From NCBI GenBank assembly GCA_963698075.1, contig OY969116.1, forward strand, positions 862,131 to 926,130: a DNA stretch of 64,000 nucleotides, in the 5' to 3' direction. The DNA comes from an uncultured Candidatus Berkelbacteria bacterium. Lineage in GTDB: Bacteria; Patescibacteriota; UBA1384; UBA12157; JAENIV01. Under the pieces are notes generated by a model that was given only the letters and a program-made list of their open reading frames with translations, was not told the DNA's origin and made no database searches. Below are positions 46,010 through 55,185 of this stretch, piece by piece. How positions within the stretch are numbered: the stretch's first letter is position 1; each line of letters starts with the position of its first letter. A program made the position numbers and the translations under genes.

Positions 46010-46530
46010 GTTAAGTTTACCCACCGTAGTCCCGCCAAGCGGGACGAAGGTGGGAATTAGAGATGAGGAAAGGGGGCAGCCATGGGTAGGTGGATAGCGA
46101 TTCTGCTGGCCATACTGGCCTTGATACTGGCCAGTGGGGTTCGATAATGATCGGGTAGCTGCGTCTGGGTGCGAGGTGCCGAGGAAGCACGATGCGTCGT
46201 GTGAGGCGAAGTCCCCGTCCTGGATAATGATACTCGAAAAAGGGTATCAGCCTCGCACCCTCGAGCTGCCAGGTTAAAAACCGGGGCTCGGGCCGAGCCC
46301 ACAAACCACAAGACACGGTGAGTTAAGATGGCATCCCGAAAGGGATAGCTACGACAAGCCGACTCCAACGTGGTTTACCACCAAAGAGGATACAAAGGTT
46401 TCGTTTCTGCTGGGGATGTTTCCCCAGTTGGTAACGGTTCCTTCCCCTGCCTGGTAGCTCTTTCGAGCCCGCGACGAAGCGCGGTCGCGCTTCGTCGCCT
46501 CATCCCTGATTCTTAAGATTTTAATGGCTC
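46010..46530. ncRNA. Candidate structured RNA of unknown class (GC about 57%, non-coding)
   Basis: No frame on either strand gives a protein-like translation. A closing helix GATGAGG/CCTCATC spans about 440 nt. Perfect hairpins include GCGACGAAGCGCG-gtc-CGCGCTTCGTCGC, ATCCC-GAAA-GGGAT, CTGGGGA-tgtt-TCCCCAG and GGGCTCG-ggc-CGAGCCC. There is a long-range pairing GGGTGCGAGG/CCTCGCACCC. I could not match RNase P or tmRNA consensus motifs. Confidence 0.35.
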
Positions 46531-46592
46531 ACCTCTTGAGCCGTTAGATTTAAGATAGACTTTGAACTAAAAGTGTGGTAAACTATCGCCAT

Positions 46593-48551
46593 ATGGAGTT
46601 TAAGATATCCTCAAAATTCAAACCTGCCGGTGATCAGCCGCAGGCGATTGACGAATTGGTGGCAGGTCTTAAGAAAGGCAATAAACATCAGACTCTTTTG
46701 GGTGTCACCGGTTCCGGCAAGACTTTTACGATGGCTAATGTAATTGAAAAAGTCCAGCGGCCAACTTTAGTAATTGCCCACAATAAAACGCTCGCAGCCC
46801 AATTGGCGGCGGAATTTCGCGCCTTTTTCCCCAACAGCGCGGTCGAATATTTTGTCTCCTACTATGATTATTATCAGCCCGAGGCCTATTTACCGACGAC
46901 TGATATCTACATTGAAAAAGAAGTTGAAATCAATGAAGAAATTGATCGTCTGCGGCATGCCGCCACCCAGGCATTACTCGCGCGGCGGGATGTAATTATT
47001 GTCGCCTCGGTCTCTTGTATCTATGGCTTAGGCAGCCCCGAGTTGTATCGCGAGAGCTTTTTAAGTTTAAAGATCGGTCAGCGAATATCACGCGACGAAA
47101 TTATCCATAAACTGATTGATTTATACTTTTCACGTTCCGAGATTCTCGGCCGGGGTAAGTTTCGCGTTCACGGCGAAATCATTGATATTGTGCCAGCCGA
47201 TCAGGAAGTCGTTATTCGTTTAGAAATACATTCCAATATTCTGCAGAATGTCGGAATATTTGATATGGTGTCGATGAGAAAATTGTTAGCGGAAAAAGAA
47301 ATTACACTTTATCCGGCCAAGCATTTTGTAGTTGATGAGCCGACGATGGCGCAAGCGATTGGCGAAATCGAGAAAGAATTGGAAGAAAGATTAAAATATT
47401 TTGAAAAAGAAGGCAAAATTATTGAAGCCGAACGTTTGCGTCGCCGCACCCGTTATGATTTAGAACTTTTGCGCGAAATTGGTTATTGTCCGGGAATCGA
47501 GAATTATTCGCGATACTTAACTGGCCGCCGCGAAGGCCAGGCGCCTTATACCCTCATCGATTATTTTCCCGAAGGCTATTTATTGATCATTGATGAATCA
47601 CACGTGACCGTGCCTCAACTTAATGGGATGTATGAAGGTGATAAATCGCGTAAAGATTCTTTGGTTGAACATGGGTTTCGTTTGCCGAGCGCTCGCGACA
47701 ATCGGCCGTTAAAATTTCCGGAATTTTTGGGCAAAATTAATCAAGTTATTTATACTTCAGCCACTCCGGCCAAATTTGAGCGGGAAAAATCAAACCAAAT
47801 CGTCGAACAAATTATTCGCCCAACCGGCTTAGTTGATCCGGAAGTTGAAGTTCGGCCAATTATTGGTCAAGTTGATGATTTAGTCAAAGAAATTCAAGAA
47901 AGAACTCGCCACGGCGAGCGGGTTTTGGTGACGACCTTGACCAAGCGTATGGCAGAAGATTTATCAGAACATCTCAAAGAAGCTGGCATCCGTGCCGAAT
48001 ATTTACATAGTGAAGTTCAAACTTTGGATCGGGTTGGGATTTTGGATAATCTTCGCAAAGGCGAATTTGATGTTTTAGTTGGCGTTAACTTATTGCGAGA
48101 GGGATTGGATTTGCCAGAAGTATCATTGGTGGCGATTTTAGATGCCGACAAAGAAGGATTTTTGCGAAGTGATGTTTCTTTGATCCAAACCATCGGTCGG
48201 GCGGCACGTAATGTCCGCGGTAAAGTGATTTTGTATGCCGATAACATCACCGGCTCAATGAAGAGAGCGATTTCGGAAACCATCCGCCGCCGCCAGATGC
48301 AAATTGAGTTTAATAAAAAACATCATATTACTCCCAAGACTATCCAAAAAGCGATTCAAACGATTATTGATCACGAACTCAAACCAGAAGTGACGCGCGA
48401 GTATATTAACCTCGAAAATTTAGAAGATGTCCCAGTTGTCATTAAAGCCAAAACTGAAGAAATGAAAAAAGCCGCTAAGGAATTGCGCTTTGAAGAAGCG
48501 GCTATTTTAAGAGATGAGATTGTTCAGTTAAAGAGATTAAGAATTAGATAG
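46593..48551 (+). CDS. uvrB: Excinuclease ABC subunit B
   Basis: Walker A GVTGSGKT and the helicase motifs. A TG-extended -10 (tgGTAAACT) lies 9 nt upstream of the ATG, suggesting a leaderless or short-leader mRNA. Confidence 0.95.
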   Translation: MEFKISSKFKPAGDQPQAIDELVAGLKKGNKHQTLLGVTGSGKTFTMANVIEKVQRPTLVIAHNKTLAAQLAAEFRAFFPNSAVEYFVSYYDYYQPEAYLPTTDIYIEKEVEINEEIDRLRHAATQALLARRDVIIVASVSCIYGLGSPELYRESFLSLKIGQRISRDEIIHKLIDLYFSRSEILGRGKFRVHGEIIDIVPADQEVVIRLEIHSNILQNVGIFDMVSMRKLLAEKEITLYPAKHFVVDEPTMAQAIGEIEKELEERLKYFEKEGKIIEAERLRRRTRYDLELLREIGYCPGIENYSRYLTGRREGQAPYTLIDYFPEGYLLIIDESHVTVPQLNGMYEGDKSRKDSLVEHGFRLPSARDNRPLKFPEFLGKINQVIYTSATPAKFEREKSNQIVEQIIRPTGLVDPEVEVRPIIGQVDDLVKEIQERTRHGERVLVTTLTKRMAEDLSEHLKEAGIRAEYLHSEVQTLDRVGILDNLRKGEFDVLVGVNLLREGLDLPEVSLVAILDADKEGFLRSDVSLIQTIGRAARNVRGKVILYADNITGSMKRAISETIRRRQMQIEFNKKHHITPKTIQKAIQTIIDHELKPEVTREYINLENLEDVPVVIKAKTEEMKKAAKELRFEEAAILRDEIVQLKRLRIR

Positions 48552-48648
48552 TAGATTTTTGATTTAATTAATGATATAATAACATCGCACATTTAATAAA
48601 TTGTATAGGGAAACCCGCGAAAAGCGGGTACTATTTGCGTTTATGTAC

Positions 48649-48718
48649 GACCCCAGCATAACTCCTTCCTGACTTATTGAACTACGTTCAATCACGCAGG
48701 AGCGTCGTATGCGGGGCA
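48649..48718 (+). repeat. Structured repeat R, copy 1 (about 70 nt, three nested helices, central palindrome TTGAAC-TAC-GTTCAA)
   Basis: Outer helix CCCCAGCATA/TATGCGGGG. Middle helix CTCCTTCCTG/CAGGAGCG. Inner hairpin perfect. Confidence 0.6.
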
Positions 48719-48767
48719 GGCAAAATCATCATGTATGACAAAATTATAATTCGCGGAGCTCGAGAAC

Positions 48768-48836
48768 ACCCCAGCACAAAAGCTTACTGGTTTACAGAAC
48801 TACGTTCTGTCACGCCGTGCGCTTTATGCGGGGCAA
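48768..48836 (+). repeat. Structured repeat R, copy 2 (diverged; inner hairpin ACAGAAC-TAC-GTTCTGT), 13 nt upstream of the uvrA ATG
   Basis: Same three-helix layout as copy 1, with compensatory base changes in the stems. Confidence 0.6.
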
Positions 48837-48848
48837 GTAATTTAAAAA

Positions 48849-51665
48849 ATGTTACAAAATATTATTATTAAAGGCGCGCGCGAACATAACCTGAAGAATA
48901 TCGATTTAGTTTTGCCGCGGAACAAATTTATCGTTTTTACCGGACTTTCCGGATCAGGAAAGTCGACTTTGGCGTTTGACACGATTTACGCTGAAGGTCA
49001 ACGTCGCTACTTAGAATCGCTTTCAAGTTATGCGCGGCAATTCTTAGGTCAAATGGAAAAACCCAATATCGAATCAATCGAAGGATTATCGCCGGCGATT
49101 TCAATTGACCAAAAAGCCGCCTCCCACAACCCCCGCTCAACCGTGGGCACGGTAACCGAAATCTATGATTATTTAAGAGTTCTTTTTGCTCGCATCGGCG
49201 TACCTCATTGTCCGATCGGCGGCGAGCCAATCACTAAACTTTCTGTCGAGCAGATGGTAGAAAGAATCCTCGACATCGGCGAAGACAATCAAATCAAAAT
49301 CTTGGCGCCAATTGTGCGTGGTAGAAAAGGCGAGTATCACACTTTGTTTGAAAATTTATTCAAGCAAGGATTTTCCAAAGTCCGCGTCAATGGCAAGGTG
49401 CGCAAACTTACCGAAAAGATTCCCTTAGAAAGATATGAGCAACACACCGTTGAAGTTTTAATTGACGAGGTCGAGGTCTCATCGGAAAATATCGCGCGAA
49501 TCACTGACGATATCGAACAGTCGCTCAAATTGGCTGACGGCTTGGTAACAATTGTTCATCAAAAAAATGAACAAACTTTCAATCAAAAATTATCTTGTCC
49601 GATTCATGGCGCCAGTATTCCCGAAATTGAGCCACGGATATTTTCATTTAATAGTCCTTTCGGCGCTTGCCCGGAATGCGATGGCTTGGGCGCCAAAAAA
49701 GAAATTGATGTCAACTTGATTATTCCGGATAAAAATTTATCAATTGCTCAGGGCGCAATTATGCCGCTTTCCTACAAACCCAATAATTATTACGGCGTGG
49801 TTTTGCGAGCGGCGGCTGACCGTCTGGGTTTTTCTGAACACACACCAATTTCCAACATGCCAGATGAAAGATTGAATGATATTTTGTTCGGCACTGGCGA
49901 TATCCAAACTTTGCGCATTCGCTACTGGACTCACGGTCAGGCACGGACTTTTTGGATTAATTTTGAAGGGATTATTCCTTTACTCGAACGCCGCTATCGC
50001 CAAACAGAATCTGACAATGTTCGCCGCGAGATTGAACGTTATATGAGCCAAACGCCATGTCCTCTCTGCCAGGGCGCGCGGTTAAAAAAAGAAAGTCTGC
50101 TAGTCAAAATCGCCGGTCAAAATATCTCCCAAGTGACAGCAATGTCAGTGGCTAAGGCCCTGGAATTTTTTGAAGGTTTAGAGTTATCAAAGCGCGAGAT
50201 TCTTATTGCCGAAAAAATCTTAAATGAAATCAAAAACCGCTTAAAATTTCTGGTCAATGTTGGCTTGGATTATTTGACTTTGGATAGAGCGGCGTTTACT
50301 TTGGCCGGCGGGGAAGCACAACGTATCCGGCTGGCATCTCAGATCGGTTCGGGGCTAGTCGGTGTTTTGTATATTCTCGATGAGCCATCAATCGGTTTGC
50401 ACGCCCGCGATAATATTCGTTTATTGGAAACTCTCAAACATTTGCGCGATTTGGGCAATACAGTTTTAGTCATTGAGCATGATGAAGAAACCATGCGCGA
50501 GGCAGATGAAATTGTCGATATCGGGCCAGGGGCCGGCAAGAGTGGCGGTCAAATTGTGGCTCAAGGAAACGCCGAGGATATTATCGCCAATCCCGAATCA
50601 ATTACCGGCCAATATTTGTCAGGCAAAAAGAAAATCGAAATTCCTGAAAGTCGCCGCAAGATTAAAGATAAATATCTCACTATCATCGGCGCTGGCGAAA
50701 ATAATTTGAAGAATCTCACCATCCATATTCCCTTGGGCGTTTTTGTTGGTGTCACCGGCGTCTCCGGCTCGGGCAAGTCAACTTTAGTCAATGAGATTTT
50801 GTATAAAGCCCTGGCCCGAAAACTGACGGGTGCTTTGGAACGACCTGGCAAACACGCCCGCATTGAAGGCGCGGAATTTTTAGATAAAGCCATTATTATT
50901 GATCAATCGCCGATTGGCCGAACCCCGCGCTCAAACCCGGCAACTTACACCAATCTTTTTACCCCGATTCGCGAACTATTTTCCAAAACCCGTGAAGCGA
51001 GAATGCGCGGCTATAGCCCCGGCCGTTTTTCTTTTAATGTTGCTGGTGGTCGCTGCGATAATTGCGAGGGCGATGGTTTGATCAAAATCGAAATGCATTT
51101 TATGCCCGATATATACATTCCTTGTGATGTCTGCGATGGCAAACGTTTTAATCGCGAAACCTTGGAAGTCAAATACAAAGAAAAAAATATCGCCGATGTT
51201 TTGGCAATGACGGTTGACGAAGCCTTGGAATTTTTCCGCGACATTCCCAAAATCGCCGATATTTTAGAAATTTTAAAAGACGTTGGTTTGGGCTATATTC
51301 ATTTGGGGCAGGCAGCAACGACTTTATCCGGTGGAGAAGCCCAGCGCGTCAAATTGGCCGAAGAATTGGCGCGCCGGGCAACTGGCAAAACCTTATATAT
51401 TTTAGACGAACCAACTACCGGATTGCACTTCGACGATATTAAAAAATTATTAGCGGTTTTACAAAGATTGGTTGATACGGGAAATACGGTTGTCATTATC
51501 GAACACAATTTGGACGTCATTAAACAAGTTGACTATATTATTGATTTAGGTCCCGAAGGCGGGGATGATGGTGGCCGCCTCATCGCCACTGGCAGTCCCG
51601 AAGACATCACCAAAATCGAAAAATCATATACTGGGCAGTATTTAAAAAAAGTCCTTAAAAAATAA
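48849..51665 (+). CDS. uvrA: Excinuclease ABC subunit A
   Basis: Two ABC ATPase modules and zinc-finger cysteines. 938 aa. Confidence 0.95.
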   Translation: MLQNIIIKGAREHNLKNIDLVLPRNKFIVFTGLSGSGKSTLAFDTIYAEGQRRYLESLSSYARQFLGQMEKPNIESIEGLSPAISIDQKAASHNPRSTVGTVTEIYDYLRVLFARIGVPHCPIGGEPITKLSVEQMVERILDIGEDNQIKILAPIVRGRKGEYHTLFENLFKQGFSKVRVNGKVRKLTEKIPLERYEQHTVEVLIDEVEVSSENIARITDDIEQSLKLADGLVTIVHQKNEQTFNQKLSCPIHGASIPEIEPRIFSFNSPFGACPECDGLGAKKEIDVNLIIPDKNLSIAQGAIMPLSYKPNNYYGVVLRAAADRLGFSEHTPISNMPDERLNDILFGTGDIQTLRIRYWTHGQARTFWINFEGIIPLLERRYRQTESDNVRREIERYMSQTPCPLCQGARLKKESLLVKIAGQNISQVTAMSVAKALEFFEGLELSKREILIAEKILNEIKNRLKFLVNVGLDYLTLDRAAFTLAGGEAQRIRLASQIGSGLVGVLYILDEPSIGLHARDNIRLLETLKHLRDLGNTVLVIEHDEETMREADEIVDIGPGAGKSGGQIVAQGNAEDIIANPESITGQYLSGKKKIEIPESRRKIKDKYLTIIGAGENNLKNLTIHIPLGVFVGVTGVSGSGKSTLVNEILYKALARKLTGALERPGKHARIEGAEFLDKAIIIDQSPIGRTPRSNPATYTNLFTPIRELFSKTREARMRGYSPGRFSFNVAGGRCDNCEGDGLIKIEMHFMPDIYIPCDVCDGKRFNRETLEVKYKEKNIADVLAMTVDEALEFFRDIPKIADILEILKDVGLGYIHLGQAATTLSGGEAQRVKLAEELARRATGKTLYILDEPTTGLHFDDIKKLLAVLQRLVDTGNTVVIIEHNLDVIKQVDYIIDLGPEGGDDGGRLIATGSPEDITKIEKSYTGQYLKKVLKK

Positions 51666-51721
51666 ACGAAAGCCCCCGTAACACTTACGAGGGCGAATGA
51701 GACGTAGTAGTCGCGGCGTCT

Positions 51722-52159
51722 TTATGAAGGTTGAAAGATGGTGGCCCTATCAAACCGACTTAAGGCGCTGATAACTGCTTGATTGCGTTGTTCATAGTAC
51801 TCTTCAAGCGTGACGAACTCAGCAGCAATGGGAGATCCAGGAGTATCGGGGATCTTGACAAAGGAAATCCTGGGCTTGACTGGCCGGTGATATAGGTGAT
51901 GTGCCGCGATGTAGCCATCAACTATTCTTCGAACTTCTCGCTCGGGATGGTTACAGGCCCAGGTCAACAGAAATACAGGCTTGTTTTGGTCCTTGGGATT
52001 CGGCTCAACAACCATGGTAGCTTCTAACTCCAATGAAGCGGGAACTGCGAGATGGGCATTTCTTAACCGATTACGAATTGCTTGACTGTGACTTTGGGGG
52101 AATGAACAGTGATGAAGTACTGCTTGTCTAAGATCGAACGAAATTTCGTACTTCGGCAT
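51722..52159 (-). CDS. Hypothetical protein (145 aa) on a GC-rich insert between uvrA and uvrC
   Basis: Minus-strand ORF with shifted composition. No recognisable domain. Confidence 0.45.
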   Translation of the reverse strand: MPKYEISFDLRQAVLHHCSFPQSHSQAIRNRLRNAHLAVPASLELEATMVVEPNPKDQNKPVFLLTWACNHPEREVRRIVDGYIAAHHLYHRPVKPRISFVKIPDTPGSPIAAEFVTLEEYYEQRNQAVISALSRFDRATIFQPS

Positions 52160-52260
52160 CTGTCCTCTCCTCTTTGAAGGATAACAACATTATAATAAAT
52201 CTACGATTGATGTCAAGAAAATGTTGCGATATATCGCTGAAAGCGTTATAATCGATTGTC

Positions 52261-53466
52261 ATGGAAAACGCAAAACTTTTATTCAAAATCAAAAAATTTC
52301 CTGACACCCCGGGTGTTTATATTATGCGCGATGCGCGACGGCGGCCCTTGTATATTGGCAAGGCGTCATCGCTCAAGCGGCGCGTCTTGTCGTACTTTCA
52401 GCGGCCGCAGGAGACGCGTTTAGAGCAAATGTTGGCGCGAGTATATAGTATCGAAACCAAGAAAACCGATTCAGTTATCGAGGCGCTGTTTTTAGAAAAC
52501 GAACTCATTAAAAAATATAAACCAAAATATAATGTCAAACTTAAAGATGATAAAACTTTTTTGGGCATTTTTATTACCCAAGAAGATTGGCCGCGGATTT
52601 ATCCGGCCAGAATTACCCAGAAATTACCAAAGGGCGAGTTTTACGGCCCATTTCCTTCAGCTGGACAAGTGCGCGAAGCCCTGCAAATTATCCGGAGAAT
52701 TTTTCCATTTAGAGTTTCCTGCACGCCTCTTTCTGGTAAAGCGTGCTTTGAATATCACCTGGGTCAATGCCCGGGGGTCTGCGCGGGCAAAATTAAGGTG
52801 CGAGAATACCAAAAAACGATTCATCAAATTAAATTATTCTTAAAAGGCAAAAAGAAAAGTGTTATTAAAGAACTTGAGAAAGATATGAGACAGGCGGCCA
52901 AAGACACGGATTTTGAAAAGGCGGCGAAAATTCGCGACCGAATTTTCGCTCTCCGTCACATCCAAGACGTTGCTTTAATCCAAGAAGAAGATCTGCGTCA
53001 TCCCGAAGATATTCCGAGCCGGATTGAAGCCTATGACGTCTCCAATATCTCCGGTTCTTTTGCTGTTGGTTCGATGGTTGTTTTTAGCGAAGGTTTAGTT
53101 GATAAAAGCCAATATCGCAAATTTAAGATCCAAATTTCCGAAGCTTGGAAAAGAGGGGCTGACGATGTCGCGGCCCTTAAAGAGATTCTCTCGCGCCGAC
53201 TTAATCATACCGAATGGCCATATCCTGATTTAATTTTAATCGATGGCGGCAAAGGACAAGTAAATGGTGCGCGCGAAATCTTAAAAGCCCGACGGCTTAG
53301 CATTCCGATCGTTGGTATTGCCAAAGGGCCGGAGCGGGATAAAGATGAAGTTATCGGTTTGGAGAATCTTCCCATCGATAAAAAATTGCTTCTGCGCGTC
53401 CGCGACGAAGCCCATAGGTTTGCCGTGCAATATTATCGGTTGAGACATAGAAAAAACTTAAAATAA
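52261..53466 (+). CDS. uvrC: Excinuclease ABC subunit C, short form (GIY-YIG + Cys motif + UvrB-interaction helix + RNase H-like endonuclease domain; no HhH tail)
   Basis: GVYIMRDARRRPLYIGKA is the GIY-YIG motif. A TTGCGA-17-TATAAT promoter overlaps the palindrome GCGATATATCGC. Confidence 0.8.
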   Translation: MENAKLLFKIKKFPDTPGVYIMRDARRRPLYIGKASSLKRRVLSYFQRPQETRLEQMLARVYSIETKKTDSVIEALFLENELIKKYKPKYNVKLKDDKTFLGIFITQEDWPRIYPARITQKLPKGEFYGPFPSAGQVREALQIIRRIFPFRVSCTPLSGKACFEYHLGQCPGVCAGKIKVREYQKTIHQIKLFLKGKKKSVIKELEKDMRQAAKDTDFEKAAKIRDRIFALRHIQDVALIQEEDLRHPEDIPSRIEAYDVSNISGSFAVGSMVVFSEGLVDKSQYRKFKIQISEAWKRGADDVAALKEILSRRLNHTEWPYPDLILIDGGKGQVNGAREILKARRLSIPIVGIAKGPERDKDEVIGLENLPIDKKLLLRVRDEAHRFAVQYYRLRHRKNLK

Positions 53467-53545
53467 ATAGTATAGTGGAACTAAAGGCTAGATCCGCCGT
53501 TGGCGGATCGCCCGGCCGCACTTGGTGCGGCATAGGGAGGTAATT

Positions 53546-54355
53546 TTGCATCGTCCTCTTATTGTTGCTAATTGGAAAATGAATACAACGCTCGCTGATT
53601 CAATCGTTTTGGCAACGCAGATTAAAAATGCCGTTTCGGATTTGGATGTTGAAGTTGTTCTTTGCCCACCTTTTATCTGGCTGGTACCCTTGGCGGAAAT
53701 TTTAGAACATGCCCCGGCTAATATCTCGCTTGGAGCTCAAAATATGTGGTTTGCCGATAAAGGACCAATGACTGGCGAAATTTCCCCTTTAATGCTTAAA
53801 GGTTTAGCCAAATATGTAATTTTAGGTCACAGTGAACGTCGGCTTCATTTTAGTGAATCAAATGCTCTTATTAATGATAAGATCCATGCCGCTCTCCAAT
53901 ATGGAATTACCCCGATTGTCTGTGTCGGCGAACTAAAAAAAATGCAGGAAATAAAACGGGCGCGGGGAAGACCGACAAAATTAGAGGCGAGATCAAATAT
54001 CCTTCAGCAATTAGAAAGCGTCCTAAAAGGGATAAGCCATGAAAATATTGAAAAAATTGTTTTTTGTTATGAGCCTGTCTGGGCGATAAGTAAAGGGACG
54101 CCAGAATCTCGTAACCCGGCGGATGGCGCTTATTCAAACTTAGTCATCGAAAAATTAAGAAATGAAGTCTTGGCCAGAAAATATGGTCAGACGATTGCTG
54201 AGCAGGCCCGATTTATTTACGGCGGCTCAGTTGACGCGTCAAATATTAATGAATTTCTTTTCCAACCGGAAATTGACGGTGCCTTAGTCGGTGGAGCTTC
54301 TTTAAATGCCAAAGAATTTATCATGATTTGCCAGGAGGCAAGCGGGAGAGAATAA
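53546..54355 (+). CDS. tpiA: Triosephosphate isomerase
   Basis: VANWKMN, GHSERR and the catalytic-Glu region. TTG start 5 nt after GGGAGG. Confidence 0.85.
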   Translation: MHRPLIVANWKMNTTLADSIVLATQIKNAVSDLDVEVVLCPPFIWLVPLAEILEHAPANISLGAQNMWFADKGPMTGEISPLMLKGLAKYVILGHSERRLHFSESNALINDKIHAALQYGITPIVCVGELKKMQEIKRARGRPTKLEARSNILQQLESVLKGISHENIEKIVFCYEPVWAISKGTPESRNPADGAYSNLVIEKLRNEVLARKYGQTIAEQARFIYGGSVDASNINEFLFQPEIDGALVGGASLNAKEFIMICQEASGRE

Positions 54356-55185
54356 TGTTAGTTTCGTCAAAGCAAATGGTTCTTGAGGCTAGGGCTAAAA
54401 AATACGCCATCGGTTGTTTTAATACTTCAGATTTAGAAATTACTAAAGCGATCATTCGGGCGGCTGAGGCCCAAAAATCACCGATAATCATTGCCACCTC
54501 GCCTAAAGCCATCGAATATGCCGGGCTCGAGACTTTAGCTTCAATCATTCGATCCGAGGCCGAGAATACCCAAATCCCGGTAGCTTTGCACTTGGATCAT
54601 GGCCTTACTTTGGACATGGTGGAAAATTGTCTAAACATTGGCTATACTTCGGTGATGTTTGACGGTTCGGGATCCGATTTAGAACACAATGAAATCCTGA
54701 CTCGTCAGGCGGTGGAAATGGCTCATTCTCATGATGTCCCTTGCGAAGGCGAACTCGGGTCTTTGGGTAAGGCCGGCCAAAACCGCAGTCGATTAACTAA
54801 CCCTGATGATGTGATTGAATTCGTCCAAAAAACCAGTATCGATTATTTGGCCATTTCCATTGGTTCTGAGCACGGCATTGGGGAAAATGAGGTCTTAGAC
54901 ATTAAATTGCTAAAAAAGATCAATTCATTGACCCACGCCCCGCTCGTTTTACATGGTGCCTCAGGCGTGTCTCGTGATGATATTAAGAAGGCAATCCAGA
55001 ATGGAATCGCTAAAATTAATATTGATACTGATATTCGCCATACTTTCTCTAAATCCATTCGCGAAATTCTAAGGCAAAATACCCAGGAAAAAGATCCTCG
55101 CGAGATTTTATCCGAAGTGATGAATGACGTTCAAAAATTGATTGAAGCAAAAATTAAATTGTATGGGTCAAATAATAAAATATGA
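54355..55185 (+). CDS. fba: Class II fructose-bisphosphate aldolase
   Basis: LHLDHG and the other zinc-binding His positions. Confidence 0.85.
   Translation: MLVSSKQMVLEARAKKYAIGCFNTSDLEITKAIIRAAEAQKSPIIIATSPKAIEYAGLETLASIIRSEAENTQIPVALHLDHGLTLDMVENCLNIGYTSVMFDGSGSDLEHNEILTRQAVEMAHSHDVPCEGELGSLGKAGQNRSRLTNPDDVIEFVQKTSIDYLAISIGSEHGIGENEVLDIKLLKKINSLTHAPLVLHGASGVSRDDIKKAIQNGIAKINIDTDIRHTFSKSIREILRQNTQEKDPREILSEVMNDVQKLIEAKIKLYGSNNKI

Noticed and set aside
46017-46368. Two overlapping minus-strand ORFs of about 100 aa
   Set aside because: The translations are W/R/P-rich with no protein-like character. The region is better explained as structured RNA.
46010-46530. RNase P RNA or tmRNA identity for the GC-rich RNA-like region
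   Set aside because: Neither strand has the GGAAAGTCCGG and ACAGAA-CCGGCTTA motifs of RNase P. Neither strand has a tmRNA 5' acceptor, T-arm-CCA end or tag-peptide reading frame. Class left open.
48649-48836. R elements as tRNA genes
   Set aside because: There is no 7-bp acceptor stem, D-arm, anticodon-arm or T-loop arrangement. The structure is a single extended three-helix hairpin.
48677-48871. 64-aa ORF upstream of uvrA
   Set aside because: It is an artefactual frame made of the decayed duplicate of the uvrA start codon region read through repeat R2.
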